DNA of 64,000 nucleotides from Kiritimatiellota bacterium (lineage in GTDB: Bacteria; Verrucomicrobiota; Kiritimatiellia; JAAZAB01): contig JAPLSY010000087.1 of assembly GCA_026398415.1 (NCBI GenBank), positions 17,826 through 81,825 of the forward strand. The letters run 5' to 3'. Below, one piece after another: positions 48,570 through 57,737 of the stretch (position 1 is the first letter of the stretch; the number at the start of each line of letters is the position of its first letter). The position numbers and the translations under genes are program-made. The notes under the pieces were generated by a model. The model did no database searches. It saw only the letters and a list, made by a program, of their open reading frames with translations, and was not told the origin of the DNA.

Positions 48570-49510
48570 CGCACCCTATGGTCCTCTGTTATGATTGTTT
48601 CAATCGGGTCCTCCTGACGGCATAACGCCTGGGCCTTCGGACAGCGCGGATGAAATGGGCACCCGGTGGGCAGTCGCGCCGGATTGGGCACGGCGCCGGG
48701 AATCCCGATCATGCGCGTCTTGCCGCCGCTTAAGCGCGGCACGGCGGCCATGAGTCCGCGCGTGTAAGGATGCGCACTTTGGCCCAGAATTTGCTCGACC
48801 GGCCCGCGTTCGACGATGCGGCCGGCATACATGACGTTGACCCGCCGGGCCACACCGGCCACCAGGCCCAGGTTATGGGTAATCAGTAATATGGCCATGC
48901 CCAGTTCCTCCTGTAAACGGACTAACAGGTCGAGAATTTGCGCCTGGATCGTGACATCCAGGGCAGTGGTAGGCTCATCGGCCACCAGCATGCGGGGACG
49001 ACAGGCCAGGGCCATGGCGATCATAACGCGCTGTTGCATTCCGCCGCTGAGCTCATGGGGATACGCGTTGAGACGGCGTTCGGGATCAGGCAAGCCGACG
49101 CGGTTCAATAGACTGATAACTTCCGCCCTAACGGCAATGCCCGCTCGGTGCAACTTGAGCGCCTCGGCAATTTGCCAGCCGACACGGAATACGGGGTTAA
49201 GCGAAGTGGCCGGTTCCTGAAAAATATAGGCAATTTCCGCGCCGCGCATCTGGCGCAATTGGGCCGGGTCCATGGCCAGCACATCGCGGCCGGCAAACCG
49301 GATATTGCCGCCAGCCACGTAACCGGGCTTGGCCACCAGCCGGGTCAGGGCCAGCGCGGTGACACTTTTGCCACAGCCGCTCTCGCCCACCAACGCAACG
49401 GTTTCACCCGGCGCCACGCTGAACGATACGCCGTTCACCGCCCGGACCGGTTCCGTCCGCGTCCGGAAGAAAACGCTGAGTTGGTCCACATTAAGTAAAT
49501 TATCTTCCAT
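48551..49510 (-). CDS. Peptide ABC transporter ATP-binding protein (OppD/DppD-like)
   Basis: GESGCGKSVT, LSGGMQQR and DEPTTALDVT motifs. Confidence 0.95.
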   Translation of the reverse strand: MEDNLLNVDQLSVFFRTRTEPVRAVNGVSFSVAPGETVALVGESGCGKSVTALALTRLVAKPGYVAGGNIRFAGRDVLAMDPAQLRQMRGAEIAYIFQEPATSLNPVFRVGWQIAEALKLHRAGIAVRAEVISLLNRVGLPDPERRLNAYPHELSGGMQQRVMIAMALACRPRMLVADEPTTALDVTIQAQILDLLVRLQEELGMAILLITHNLGLVAGVARRVNVMYAGRIVERGPVEQILGQSAHPYTRGLMAAVPRLSGGKTRMIGIPGAVPNPARLPTGCPFHPRCPKAQALCRQEDPIETIITEDHRVRCHFWK

Positions 49511-49513
49511 TTG

Positions 49514-50155
49514 TTACTTGTGATCCTTATGCGCTTTATTACGACTACGATTAAACCGGTCAATAATATCGGCAACTTCACCCAGCGTGCCGACCACAAA
49601 ATCGGCAGGCGGATCAGGACGCCGCGTGGTGAGGTGACTTTCCAGAAAAACCGTGGGAGCACCGGCACGCTGGCCGGCCTCGATGTCATACCGATAATCA
49701 CCCACCATCAGCAGGGCCGCGGCCGGCACGCGCAGGCGGCGGGCGGCCAGCAGAACCCCTTCAGGATCAGGCTTGGGACGTTGAACATGGTCGCGGGTAA
49801 TGATGACGTTAAAATCCGCCAGGCGCACATGGGCAAAGTTCTTGAGCGCCGTTTCCACCGAGGCGCGCCGGTTACGCGTGAGAATACCCCGCCGGATATG
49901 GCGCTGTTTCAGGAATCGGACAAGTTCCTCGGCACCTTCGTTGGGATGGGAGCACCGGGCAGCGTGATCTTCAAACTGCTCCAGGACCAGCCATGCCTGA
50001 CGTCGGTCCGCTACAGACGGCAGGCCCTCGATAAACTCCAGAATGGGCACATCGCCCGGGCAGCGGATCGCTTTTTTGATCCCGGCAAAGTCAATGCTTC
50101 CCGGCAACGTCAGCGTGCCGTCAAAATCAAATAATACTGCGCGAATGGAATTCAT
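49514..50155 (-). CDS. HAD family hydrolase
   Basis: FDFDGTL, KPDP and VGD...D motifs. Confidence 0.92.
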   Translation of the reverse strand: MNSIRAVLFDFDGTLTLPGSIDFAGIKKAIRCPGDVPILEFIEGLPSVADRRQAWLVLEQFEDHAARCSHPNEGAEELVRFLKQRHIRRGILTRNRRASVETALKNFAHVRLADFNVIITRDHVQRPKPDPEGVLLAARRLRVPAAALLMVGDYRYDIEAGQRAGAPTVFLESHLTTRRPDPPADFVVGTLGEVADIIDRFNRSRNKAHKDHK

Positions 50156-50190
50156 TGAAAATTTACCTGAATTTCATATCATCCAAACCC

Positions 50191-50523
50191 ATGACCAACC
50201 ATCCCGCATCACCCGGCGCCTGCGTCCGGTGCGGCGCCTGTTGCCGCAAGCCGGGCGACGTGCGCCTGCAGAACGACGAAACCGAAATCATCGCCCAGTT
50301 TCTGCACCTGACGATCCACGACTTCACCGCCGCCTATACCCGCCTGCGCACCAATCGCTCCGGGCTCATTCTGGCCGAAGCGGCCGATGGCGCCTGCATA
50401 TTCCTGCAGGACAACCAATGCCGCATCCAGAACGTTAAACCCCGGCAATGCCGCGATTATCCCGAGACCTGGCATATCCCCGGGGAGGAGCAATTTTGCC
50501 GCGCCCGGCACGGTCCAGCATAA
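50191..50523 (+). CDS. YkgJ-family CxxCxxCC cysteine-cluster protein
   Basis: CVRCGACC...CIFL...CRI...KP.QCRDYP. Confidence 0.88.
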   Translation: MTNHPASPGACVRCGACCRKPGDVRLQNDETEIIAQFLHLTIHDFTAAYTRLRTNRSGLILAEAADGACIFLQDNQCRIQNVKPRQCRDYPETWHIPGEEQFCRARHGPA

Positions 50524-50598
50524 CACAGGCTGGCCGGCGTTTGCTTTGTTCTTTTCCGGCTGTCACGTCATCCGTCGTCTGTCCTCCGTCGTCCATCT

Positions 50599-51645
50599 TC
50601 AGCGCTCGCTGGTTCTTAAGCGCGGGTCGAGGGCATCCCGCAACGCATCGCCCAGCAGGTTAAACGCCAGCACAATGAAAAAAATCGCCGCGGTCACAAA
50701 GGTCATTTCCCACCATACACCCTGCCACAGGCGCAGGCGGGCGTTGCTGATCATGATCCCCCAGGAAGGTTCGCCCTGCACGCCGATCCCCAGGAAGCTC
50801 ATGAATACTTCCGTGGAAATGGCCGCGGGGAACCGCAGGGAAAAGGTGATGATGACGATGTGAAACACATTAGGCAGAATGTGCCGGAACATAATCCTGA
50901 AAGGCCCCAGCCCAAGCGCATGGGCCGCCTGCACGTAAGGACGCGTCTTGTGTTTCATCACCTCGCCCCGGATTAACCGGCACAAGTTGACCCAGGTCGT
51001 CAGACCAATGCCCAGGTACACGCCCAGCAGACCCTTGCCGACCACCATGGCAATGGCCAGGATAAAGAGCAGGCCGGGGATGGACGAGAAAGTGGAATAT
51101 AACCAGACGATGAAGTCATCCGTTTTGCCCCCGAAATATCCGGCCAGGCATCCCAGGATGACGCCGATGGGAATGGCAATGCAGGACGTGATGATCCCGA
51201 CCTGGAAGGCGATCCGCGCGCCCTGGACCGTGCGCTCAAACACGTCGCGCCCCAAGTTGTCCGTGCCGAGCGGATGATGGGCCAGCGTACGCAAGCCGAC
51301 GCGGAAACGTGCGGCAACACTTCGCGCCGCCGGTTGGCCACGATAATCAATAGCCGGGGAACTGACTGCGCCAGGATTGACGCGAGGGATCATCGCAAAC
51401 GGATGCCGGAATACGCTCGGCGCGAGATATTCCTCCCGTAAATTGGTCTGCTGGTAGGGCGGCGCCATGTCCTGCCAATGGAAATACCAGAACACACCCT
51501 CGCCATAGAGCGCCATTGCCAGGTAGATGACAATGATCCAGAAGGATGCCACGGCGATCCGGTCGCGGCACAATTGCCGCCACGCATCCCCCCAGAGAGA
51601 GGAAGAAATTGAGCGATTCAGTGATTCAGTGATTGAGTGATTCAT
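50599..51645 (-). CDS. Peptide ABC transporter permease (OppC/DppC-like)
   Basis: HPLGTDNLGRD, EAA-like loop YVQAAHALG, HILPN. Confidence 0.93.
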   Translation of the reverse strand: MNHSITESLNRSISSSLWGDAWRQLCRDRIAVASFWIIVIYLAMALYGEGVFWYFHWQDMAPPYQQTNLREEYLAPSVFRHPFAMIPRVNPGAVSSPAIDYRGQPAARSVAARFRVGLRTLAHHPLGTDNLGRDVFERTVQGARIAFQVGIITSCIAIPIGVILGCLAGYFGGKTDDFIVWLYSTFSSIPGLLFILAIAMVVGKGLLGVYLGIGLTTWVNLCRLIRGEVMKHKTRPYVQAAHALGLGPFRIMFRHILPNVFHIVIITFSLRFPAAISTEVFMSFLGIGVQGEPSWGIMISNARLRLWQGVWWEMTFVTAAIFFIVLAFNLLGDALRDALDPRLRTSER

Positions 51646-53036
51646 CCTATTTTTACCCGCGGATCAAAGAGCGCGTAACAGAGATCGGTCATCAGGTTCG
51701 CAATCACATACAGGATCGAGCCGATCAACACGATGGCACGGATGACGTCCACGTCGGAATAATTAACGGCGTTAATACCCATATTGCCTAGGCCGGGAAT
51801 GCCGAAGAAACCTTCCAGCAGCAGGCTGCCGGTATAGAGGAAGGGAATGGCAATTACCACGTTGGTCAAAATCGGGATCATGCCGTTTTTTAAAACATGT
51901 TTGAACAGGACCCCCGGCCGGCTCACCCCCTTGGCAAAGGCCGTGCGCACGTAATCCCGATACATCTCGTCCAGCATAATGGTGCGGTAAAACCGGACAT
52001 TTTCACCCAGGCCGCTAACTACGCCGATCAACACCGGCAGGAGCAGAAAAGTCCACGATTCGAACCCCCATAAGGGGAACCACCCCCAGCGGTAGCCCAG
52101 CACATATTGTCCGAAGATAATCCAAACGAGGTAATTCACGCTCATCAGCACCACCGCGATCACCACGATCAAACGGTCCACAAAAGTGTTCCGAAAGAAC
52201 GCGCACAACAGGGCAATGCTGACCGCCACGACCAGTTCGACAATGAAAATCGGCACGGTCAGGCAGAGCGAGGGACCGATGCCGTCTTTCAGCATCTGCG
52301 CCACGCGCTGATTGCTAAAATTGGATTTGCCAAAGTCAAGCCGCGCAATCTGCGAAAGGTAAAACACGAATTGGGTATCGAACCAATTTGCGTTTTGCCG
52401 CCGTAGCTTGAGCGCGCAGATTTCCAGCACCCCGTCCTCGATATGTAGCGTTAGCTTCAGGGCCGTTGGGTCTGCCCCGGCAGTGAACGTAATCTTGACC
52501 GTTTGCCAAGCGCTGTTCGTAGTCAGTAATCGGGTTTGGCACTCAAAGCCGCTGACGCCCGCCAACGCCGGTTTTGTTCCCGCTACATCACCGGGCTGAT
52601 GACCCTGCTCGGTATTGAACGCTGCCGTGCCCGAACGCAGGCGATATTTTATTATCCACTGGTAAGTCCTTTGCGGCTTCAGCTTGAAGGCCAGCGGCAG
52701 GGCATAGTCCTTGCCGGGCGCCAGCGTGATCAGACCGGGTTCACGACGCTGAGGCGCCGTATAGGTGACGCCCTCAACCTGTCGCCAGGGACCGGCATTG
52801 CGGACAAAGGTCGTATCCTCGTACGCCCGCGTAGCGCTCCAATGGCCCAGCAGGAGCGGCTTGTTGAAGCCGCGCTGTTCATCATATTCCTCCAGCGCCT
52901 TGGGCGAAATATTCTTGCCGAGCGTCATGGCGGCTGGACTGCCGCCCACGATATTGAATAGAATAAAAGTGATCACAATGACCCCGAAAACGGTCGGGAT
53001 CATCTGGAAGATGCGGCGTATGATATAGCGAAACAT
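51642..53036 (-). CDS. Peptide ABC transporter permease (OppB/DppB-like) with inserted extracytoplasmic domain
   Basis: YIIRR, LDFGKS, DYVRTAFAKG, E..F.IPGLG; insert of about 150 aa after TM1. Confidence 0.92.
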   Translation of the reverse strand: MFRYIIRRIFQMIPTVFGVIVITFILFNIVGGSPAAMTLGKNISPKALEEYDEQRGFNKPLLLGHWSATRAYEDTTFVRNAGPWRQVEGVTYTAPQRREPGLITLAPGKDYALPLAFKLKPQRTYQWIIKYRLRSGTAAFNTEQGHQPGDVAGTKPALAGVSGFECQTRLLTTNSAWQTVKITFTAGADPTALKLTLHIEDGVLEICALKLRRQNANWFDTQFVFYLSQIARLDFGKSNFSNQRVAQMLKDGIGPSLCLTVPIFIVELVVAVSIALLCAFFRNTFVDRLIVVIAVVLMSVNYLVWIIFGQYVLGYRWGWFPLWGFESWTFLLLPVLIGVVSGLGENVRFYRTIMLDEMYRDYVRTAFAKGVSRPGVLFKHVLKNGMIPILTNVVIAIPFLYTGSLLLEGFFGIPGLGNMGINAVNYSDVDVIRAIVLIGSILYVIANLMTDLCYALFDPRVKIG

Positions 53037-53081
53037 TTATCGTTTTCCTTCAGCCTACAGCCCACGGTCCACGGCCACGCT

Positions 53082-54350
53082 TCAGTCTTGTGCAAACGGC
53101 ACTACCGCCATCGCTTCCGGCATTAGATAATACGTCGGCCGCTTTATTCCCGCCCGCGCCAGTTCATCGAGCGTCAAGCGGATGGCCGTCTCCTGGTCCG
53201 GCGCCGCCGCGATCCTCAAGTCAGCTACATCCCGCGCACTCAATTGTGTGACCAGCATCGCGCGCGCGCCACGGATGCGCGTTGAGAGCGCCGTCTGACC
53301 GTTGACTTCGGGGCTTTGCCGCAATCCCCGGTAAATTTCGGCCAGCGTCGGCCGCGTAACCCAGTATCGGAAGCGCTCATTACCAAGTCCTTCCGGACAC
53401 GGCGCAAGCAGAATGATGCGTCCATTCTCCTGGACCGCCCGCGCAGCGTTGAACAAGGCCTTATGGGCCTGAATCCAGTTGTCGGCGCCGCCGGCATTGG
53501 CCACGACAAAATCCGCTTTCTTGCGGATATCCACCCGGTCAATTTGCCCCACCAGTTCGCAAGCGGCGCGATGGGCCAGGTCCAGATCTCCTGCAAAGAC
53601 CCCGGCCAATTGTCCATCCGGCGTAAGCACCGTGTTGACGATGAAATCCGGAGGATGCAGACGCGCGCCTTCCAGCATTTCTTCCGACACGGGATTCAAG
53701 TCTAACCGGCCAATTTCAACCCCGGTTCGGATGCGATCCTGCTCCGGATCGAGCGTCAGGCTGTGGTTATAGGCAATCGTGACGCGCCCGGCCAGGCCGG
53801 GAATGAGCGACTTGCGTCCACCGCCGAACCCGGCGTGGTAATGATAGGTCGCCGTACCAAGCAGAACAAGGCGGTCGGCTTCCACCGCCCGCCGGTTAAG
53901 ACGCACCTCGTGACCGCGCCGGGTTTTGCCGATGGATACCAGGTTGACCGCGTCATCAGGATCATGGATGAAAATCCGGTTTTCAAATATCCGGGCCATT
54001 TGCGCGCCGAGAATGCGCTGAATTTCCTCCGCCGTCGGTGGGCGGTGAATACCGGTCGCCACCAGGATAAAAAAATCGGCTGTGCGGCAACCCCGTTCCT
54101 GCAAGCCGCGCAACAGCACCGGCAGGATGCGGTCCACTGCCGTCTTACGGGTCTGGTCGGAGACCACCAGGCAGACGGATTCGCCGGGCTGAATTCGATC
54201 AAACACGGTCTGGCCCCTCTTATCCGGCCAGAGCGGATTCCGGAGCGCCGCGCTGATATCCTGGTCGGCTAACAGCTTGGCGCAGTCGGCGCAAACCAAC
54301 TCGCCCAGACATTCGGCCTGACCGACAGGAATGGAAACAGAAAGGGGCAT
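53082..54350 (-). CDS. larA: Nickel-dependent lactate racemase (LarA) family protein
   Basis: SDQTR, ATGIHR and HY.AGFGGGRKS.PG motifs. Substrate not determinable. Start moved to 54350. Confidence 0.85.
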   Translation of the reverse strand: MPLSVSIPVGQAECLGELVCADCAKLLADQDISAALRNPLWPDKRGQTVFDRIQPGESVCLVVSDQTRKTAVDRILPVLLRGLQERGCRTADFFILVATGIHRPPTAEEIQRILGAQMARIFENRIFIHDPDDAVNLVSIGKTRRGHEVRLNRRAVEADRLVLLGTATYHYHAGFGGGRKSLIPGLAGRVTIAYNHSLTLDPEQDRIRTGVEIGRLDLNPVSEEMLEGARLHPPDFIVNTVLTPDGQLAGVFAGDLDLAHRAACELVGQIDRVDIRKKADFVVANAGGADNWIQAHKALFNAARAVQENGRIILLAPCPEGLGNERFRYWVTRPTLAEIYRGLRQSPEVNGQTALSTRIRGARAMLVTQLSARDVADLRIAAAPDQETAIRLTLDELARAGIKRPTYYLMPEAMAVVPFAQD

Positions 54351-54498
54351 ATTTAGTGCGGGCAGTATAGTGGCGACCAGGTCGGGCGTCAATGTCCGCT
54401 TCCCGGATGTGAACCAAGAGAATCATTTCCTTTTTCCGGTATTCTGGCATACTCATGCCGCTGGAAAGCGCGAACAACTAAACCAAGGAGCAAACACC

Positions 54499-55431
54499 AT
54501 GGATTCTAAAGTATTCGTCAACGAGCAGATCGAGGAGATCCGCAAGACAGTCGGCAAGGGCATTGCCATTAACGCGCTGAGTGGCGGCGTGGATAGTTCG
54601 GTGGTGACGCTCCTGGGTCATCGGGCACTGGGTGCTCAAATGAAAACATTTTTTGTGGACAATGCCCTGATGCGCGCGGGCGAGCCCCAGCGCATTGTGC
54701 AACTTTTCGCCAGCCTGGGTATTCCCGTGCAGAATGTGAACGCACGCCAGGAATTTCTGGCGGCCTTAAAGGGGATCAGCGATCCAGAGAAAAAGCGACA
54801 GGCCATTACCGACACCTTCTACGCCAAGGTGTTTGTGCGCCTGGTACGCGAGACGAAGGCGCATTTCCTGATGCACGGCACCATCTTGACCGACATCGAG
54901 GAAACCGTGGCCGGGATCAAGCGCCAACACAATATTCTCTCCCAAATAGGCATCAAGCCGGAAGAAGCCTACGGCTACGCGGTGCTCGAGCCGCTAAAGA
55001 CCCTGCGCAAAGACGGAGTCCGGGCCGTGGCCGCCGAGCTCGGCCTGCCGAGCGAAATCGCCCGGCGCATGCCATTCCCCGGCCCCGCGCTGGCCGCGCG
55101 GATCGTCGGCGACGTGACCGAGGAAAAACTGGATCTCGTGCGCCGCGCCACGGCGATCGTCGAGGAGGAACTGGCCGACTGTGGCGCCTTCCAGTACCTG
55201 GCGGTGCTCTTGAACGATTACGCCACCGGCATCCGCAACAACAAGCGCGAGTTCGGCCGGATCATCGTCGTGCGTTGTATCGAGAGCACTGACGCCCGCA
55301 CCGCCACCGTTACGCGCCTGCCCTGGGAAAAACTTGAAAAAATCTGCCGGCGCATCACGGATATCCCGGGCGTCAATCGCTGTCTCTACGACCTGACTCC
55401 CAAGCCCCCGGCCACGGTGGAATACGTGTGA
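54499..55431 (+). CDS. GMP synthase subunit B-like protein (ATP pyrophosphatase and C-terminal domains only)
   Basis: ALSGGVDSSV, PFPGPALA.R and YDLTPKPPATVEY motifs; no GATase domain; RBS AAGGAG before ATG 54499. Confidence 0.88.
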   Translation: MDSKVFVNEQIEEIRKTVGKGIAINALSGGVDSSVVTLLGHRALGAQMKTFFVDNALMRAGEPQRIVQLFASLGIPVQNVNARQEFLAALKGISDPEKKRQAITDTFYAKVFVRLVRETKAHFLMHGTILTDIEETVAGIKRQHNILSQIGIKPEEAYGYAVLEPLKTLRKDGVRAVAAELGLPSEIARRMPFPGPALAARIVGDVTEEKLDLVRRATAIVEEELADCGAFQYLAVLLNDYATGIRNNKREFGRIIVVRCIESTDARTATVTRLPWEKLEKICRRITDIPGVNRCLYDLTPKPPATVEYV

Positions 55432-55504
55432 TGGGCAGAAAAGCGCCGGATGGTGTTTCACGATAATTGACTCGTGCGCCACCACCCGCTCAGACGACAC
55501 TTAA

Positions 55505-56383
55505 TCAGGCCATCGCCATAATCTTTTTCAGCTTGGCGACGGTGTCGCGCGCCAGCGGCATATCCGGCAGAACCATATCCGGCAGGCGGCTGAAGGGAAT
55601 CATTTCGGCCGTGATGGGGCCCTTGTATTTGATCTTGGCCAGCGCGGCCAGCACGGCCTTCCAGTTGACGTCGCCTTTGAGCAGGTCGTCACCAAACCCG
55701 TGGATCCCGCCGCCGCAATCCTGCCGGGCAAAGTTTTTAAAATGCACGGCGGCAACACGCCGTCCCAGGATTTCAATCCAGTGTTCGGGGTAACCGTTAA
55801 TCAGACAGTTACCAACATCCAGATAGACGCCGAGGCGCCGGCTCTTGAACTGGTCCATGAAGCGCTGCATGGCCATGGGATCGGTCAGGAACCAGCCCCA
55901 GACGTTTTCCAAGGCAATGGTTACCTTCTGTTTTTCAGCTTCCTTGAGACAAGCCCGGAGAGAGGCCGTCGCGTTTTTCCAGGCCGCCGCATACGGCACA
56001 ACCGGCTTGGAGGGATCCCAGGGCACCGCCACCGCGCCCGGTAGAACCAATACGGTTTTGGCGCCAACCCAGGCGGCGACACGCAGATATTCCTTGGTAA
56101 ACTCGATCGCCTCACGCCGGGTGGCGGCATCCGGCGAGGAGAGTGGCTTGTCCCAGTAATACCCCGTCGCCAATGTTTCAATCCGCATCTTCAACTGGGC
56201 GGCCTTGGCACGGATCGCACGGCATTGCGCCTCGGTGATACCGCGCGGGAACTCGCCCGCCCCATAAGTCAATTCAAGGCCACCAAGCCCCATGGCCGAG
56301 GCTTCTTCCAATGCCTGGACCACGGGCTTCTTGCCCTCGAATCCGCCCAAGGTCCAATAATTAATCTGTAGAATGTTGTTCAT
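55505..56383 (-). CDS. Sugar phosphate isomerase/epimerase (xylose-isomerase-like TIM barrel)
   Basis: LENVW, YLDVGN, VHFKN, GDVNW and AE motifs. Confidence 0.88.
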   Translation of the reverse strand: MNNILQINYWTLGGFEGKKPVVQALEEASAMGLGGLELTYGAGEFPRGITEAQCRAIRAKAAQLKMRIETLATGYYWDKPLSSPDAATRREAIEFTKEYLRVAAWVGAKTVLVLPGAVAVPWDPSKPVVPYAAAWKNATASLRACLKEAEKQKVTIALENVWGWFLTDPMAMQRFMDQFKSRRLGVYLDVGNCLINGYPEHWIEILGRRVAAVHFKNFARQDCGGGIHGFGDDLLKGDVNWKAVLAALAKIKYKGPITAEMIPFSRLPDMVLPDMPLARDTVAKLKKIMAMA

Positions 56384-56413
56384 GAAACAATCCCTTCGTA
56401 ATGTGATCCCCAT

Positions 56414-56498
56414 GGCCTCAGCCCGCCTACAACGCTATGCGTAGCATTGCGGGCAGGCAAGCTGAGGCCCTACGTAGGGCGCGACCTAGTGTCGCGCC
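56414..56498. repeat. Divergent pair of GTAG-tagged REP-like palindromes, one carrying a nested hairpin
   Basis: GTAG-GGCGCGAC-CTAGT-GTCGCGCC on + (56474-56498); GTAG-GGCCTCAGC...GCTGAGGCC on - (56473-56414). Confidence 0.75.
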
Positions 56499-56527
56499 AT
56501 TTTACCTATTCGCGTATCGGAGACATG

Positions 56528-57547
56528 TCATCCTTTGAATCGCACGATTTTCCCCGAACGGGCCGATTTGACTTCCGCCTCGATGAGTTTGACGCTTTGC
56601 ATGGCCGATTCCGGCGGCACCACCGGCGATGCGCAGTTCCGGCGGATGCAATCCAGGAAATGCTGCAGTTCATGGAAATAGCCGTCGCCCTCCGCAACCG
56701 CCACCGGCTGGGCCGGACCTTTGGCCGGGCAAAGCCGCAGTCCATGCGCGTCGAAAACCAGGCTCGCCTTTTCCAAGGCGATCCGGAACGCCATGGAGAA
56801 CGGGAAGCCGGCGTTATATTCCCAAGCGCCTTCAGCCTGGATCAGCGTGCCCGGCGCATAATTATAAAAGGTGGTGATGTGATCCAGGGCGCCATTTTTA
56901 CTTTTCATGGCACGGCTCAGGACCGAGCGCGGCTGGCCAAACATATAGAGCACAAAATCCGCGTCGTGGATGTGCAGATCGAGGGCGCAGGCGCCGCTCT
57001 TGCGCGGGTCCTGCAGAAAGCCCTGCCAGCTCCAGGTCGGCCGCGGACTCACGCGGGTAAATACGGCACTGACTACCTTGCCGAATTTTTTACTCTGCAC
57101 CAACTCGCGGGCCTTGGCATAGGCCGGCCAGAATCGAATGCACTGGGCAATAAACAGCCGACGGCGGGCCGCGCGGGCGGCCGCGATCATGGCGACAGCC
57201 TCGGCTGATTTCAAGGCCATCGGTTTTTCGCAGATAACGTGATGGCCGGACTTTAGCGCCTTGATGGCCCAGCGGGCATGGAGATAAGTCGGCAGGGTGA
57301 TATCCACGATATCCACCGCCGGGTCTTTCAGCATGTCGGCGGCGTCCTCATAAAGATGAATGCCGCGCAGGTCCTGGCGCTTGCCCGCCCCGCCGATGTT
57401 ACCGCCAATACTCGACCAATCCCCGGAGCGCTTGCGGACATCCACGTCGGCAATGGCCGTCACCTTGGCGCCCTTTATGTTGGCGTAAGTATTGAAATGC
57501 ATCTTGCCCATGAACCCCAGCCCAACGATCCCAATGTTCAGACTCAT
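56528..57547 (-). CDS. Gfo/Idh/MocA family oxidoreductase
   Basis: IGIVGLGFMG, VICEKPMA and DLHIHD motifs. Confidence 0.93.
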   Translation of the reverse strand: MSLNIGIVGLGFMGKMHFNTYANIKGAKVTAIADVDVRKRSGDWSSIGGNIGGAGKRQDLRGIHLYEDAADMLKDPAVDIVDITLPTYLHARWAIKALKSGHHVICEKPMALKSAEAVAMIAAARAARRRLFIAQCIRFWPAYAKARELVQSKKFGKVVSAVFTRVSPRPTWSWQGFLQDPRKSGACALDLHIHDADFVLYMFGQPRSVLSRAMKSKNGALDHITTFYNYAPGTLIQAEGAWEYNAGFPFSMAFRIALEKASLVFDAHGLRLCPAKGPAQPVAVAEGDGYFHELQHFLDCIRRNCASPVVPPESAMQSVKLIEAEVKSARSGKIVRFKG

Positions 57548-57737
57548 GCTATGACTCCTTCCGGTTTTAGATAACAGCCGTTAAAACTACGCAGTTGCTT
57601 TATATGGCAGATGGCATGAGACTACAATAAAAAAATGGCGCCATCTGACACTTCCGGTCTTGTGCAGAGGGAACGAAATTCCTACACTCCAATCACACCG
57701 TCGCGTTCTGATCGAATAAATGCGGAAAGCGGGAATT

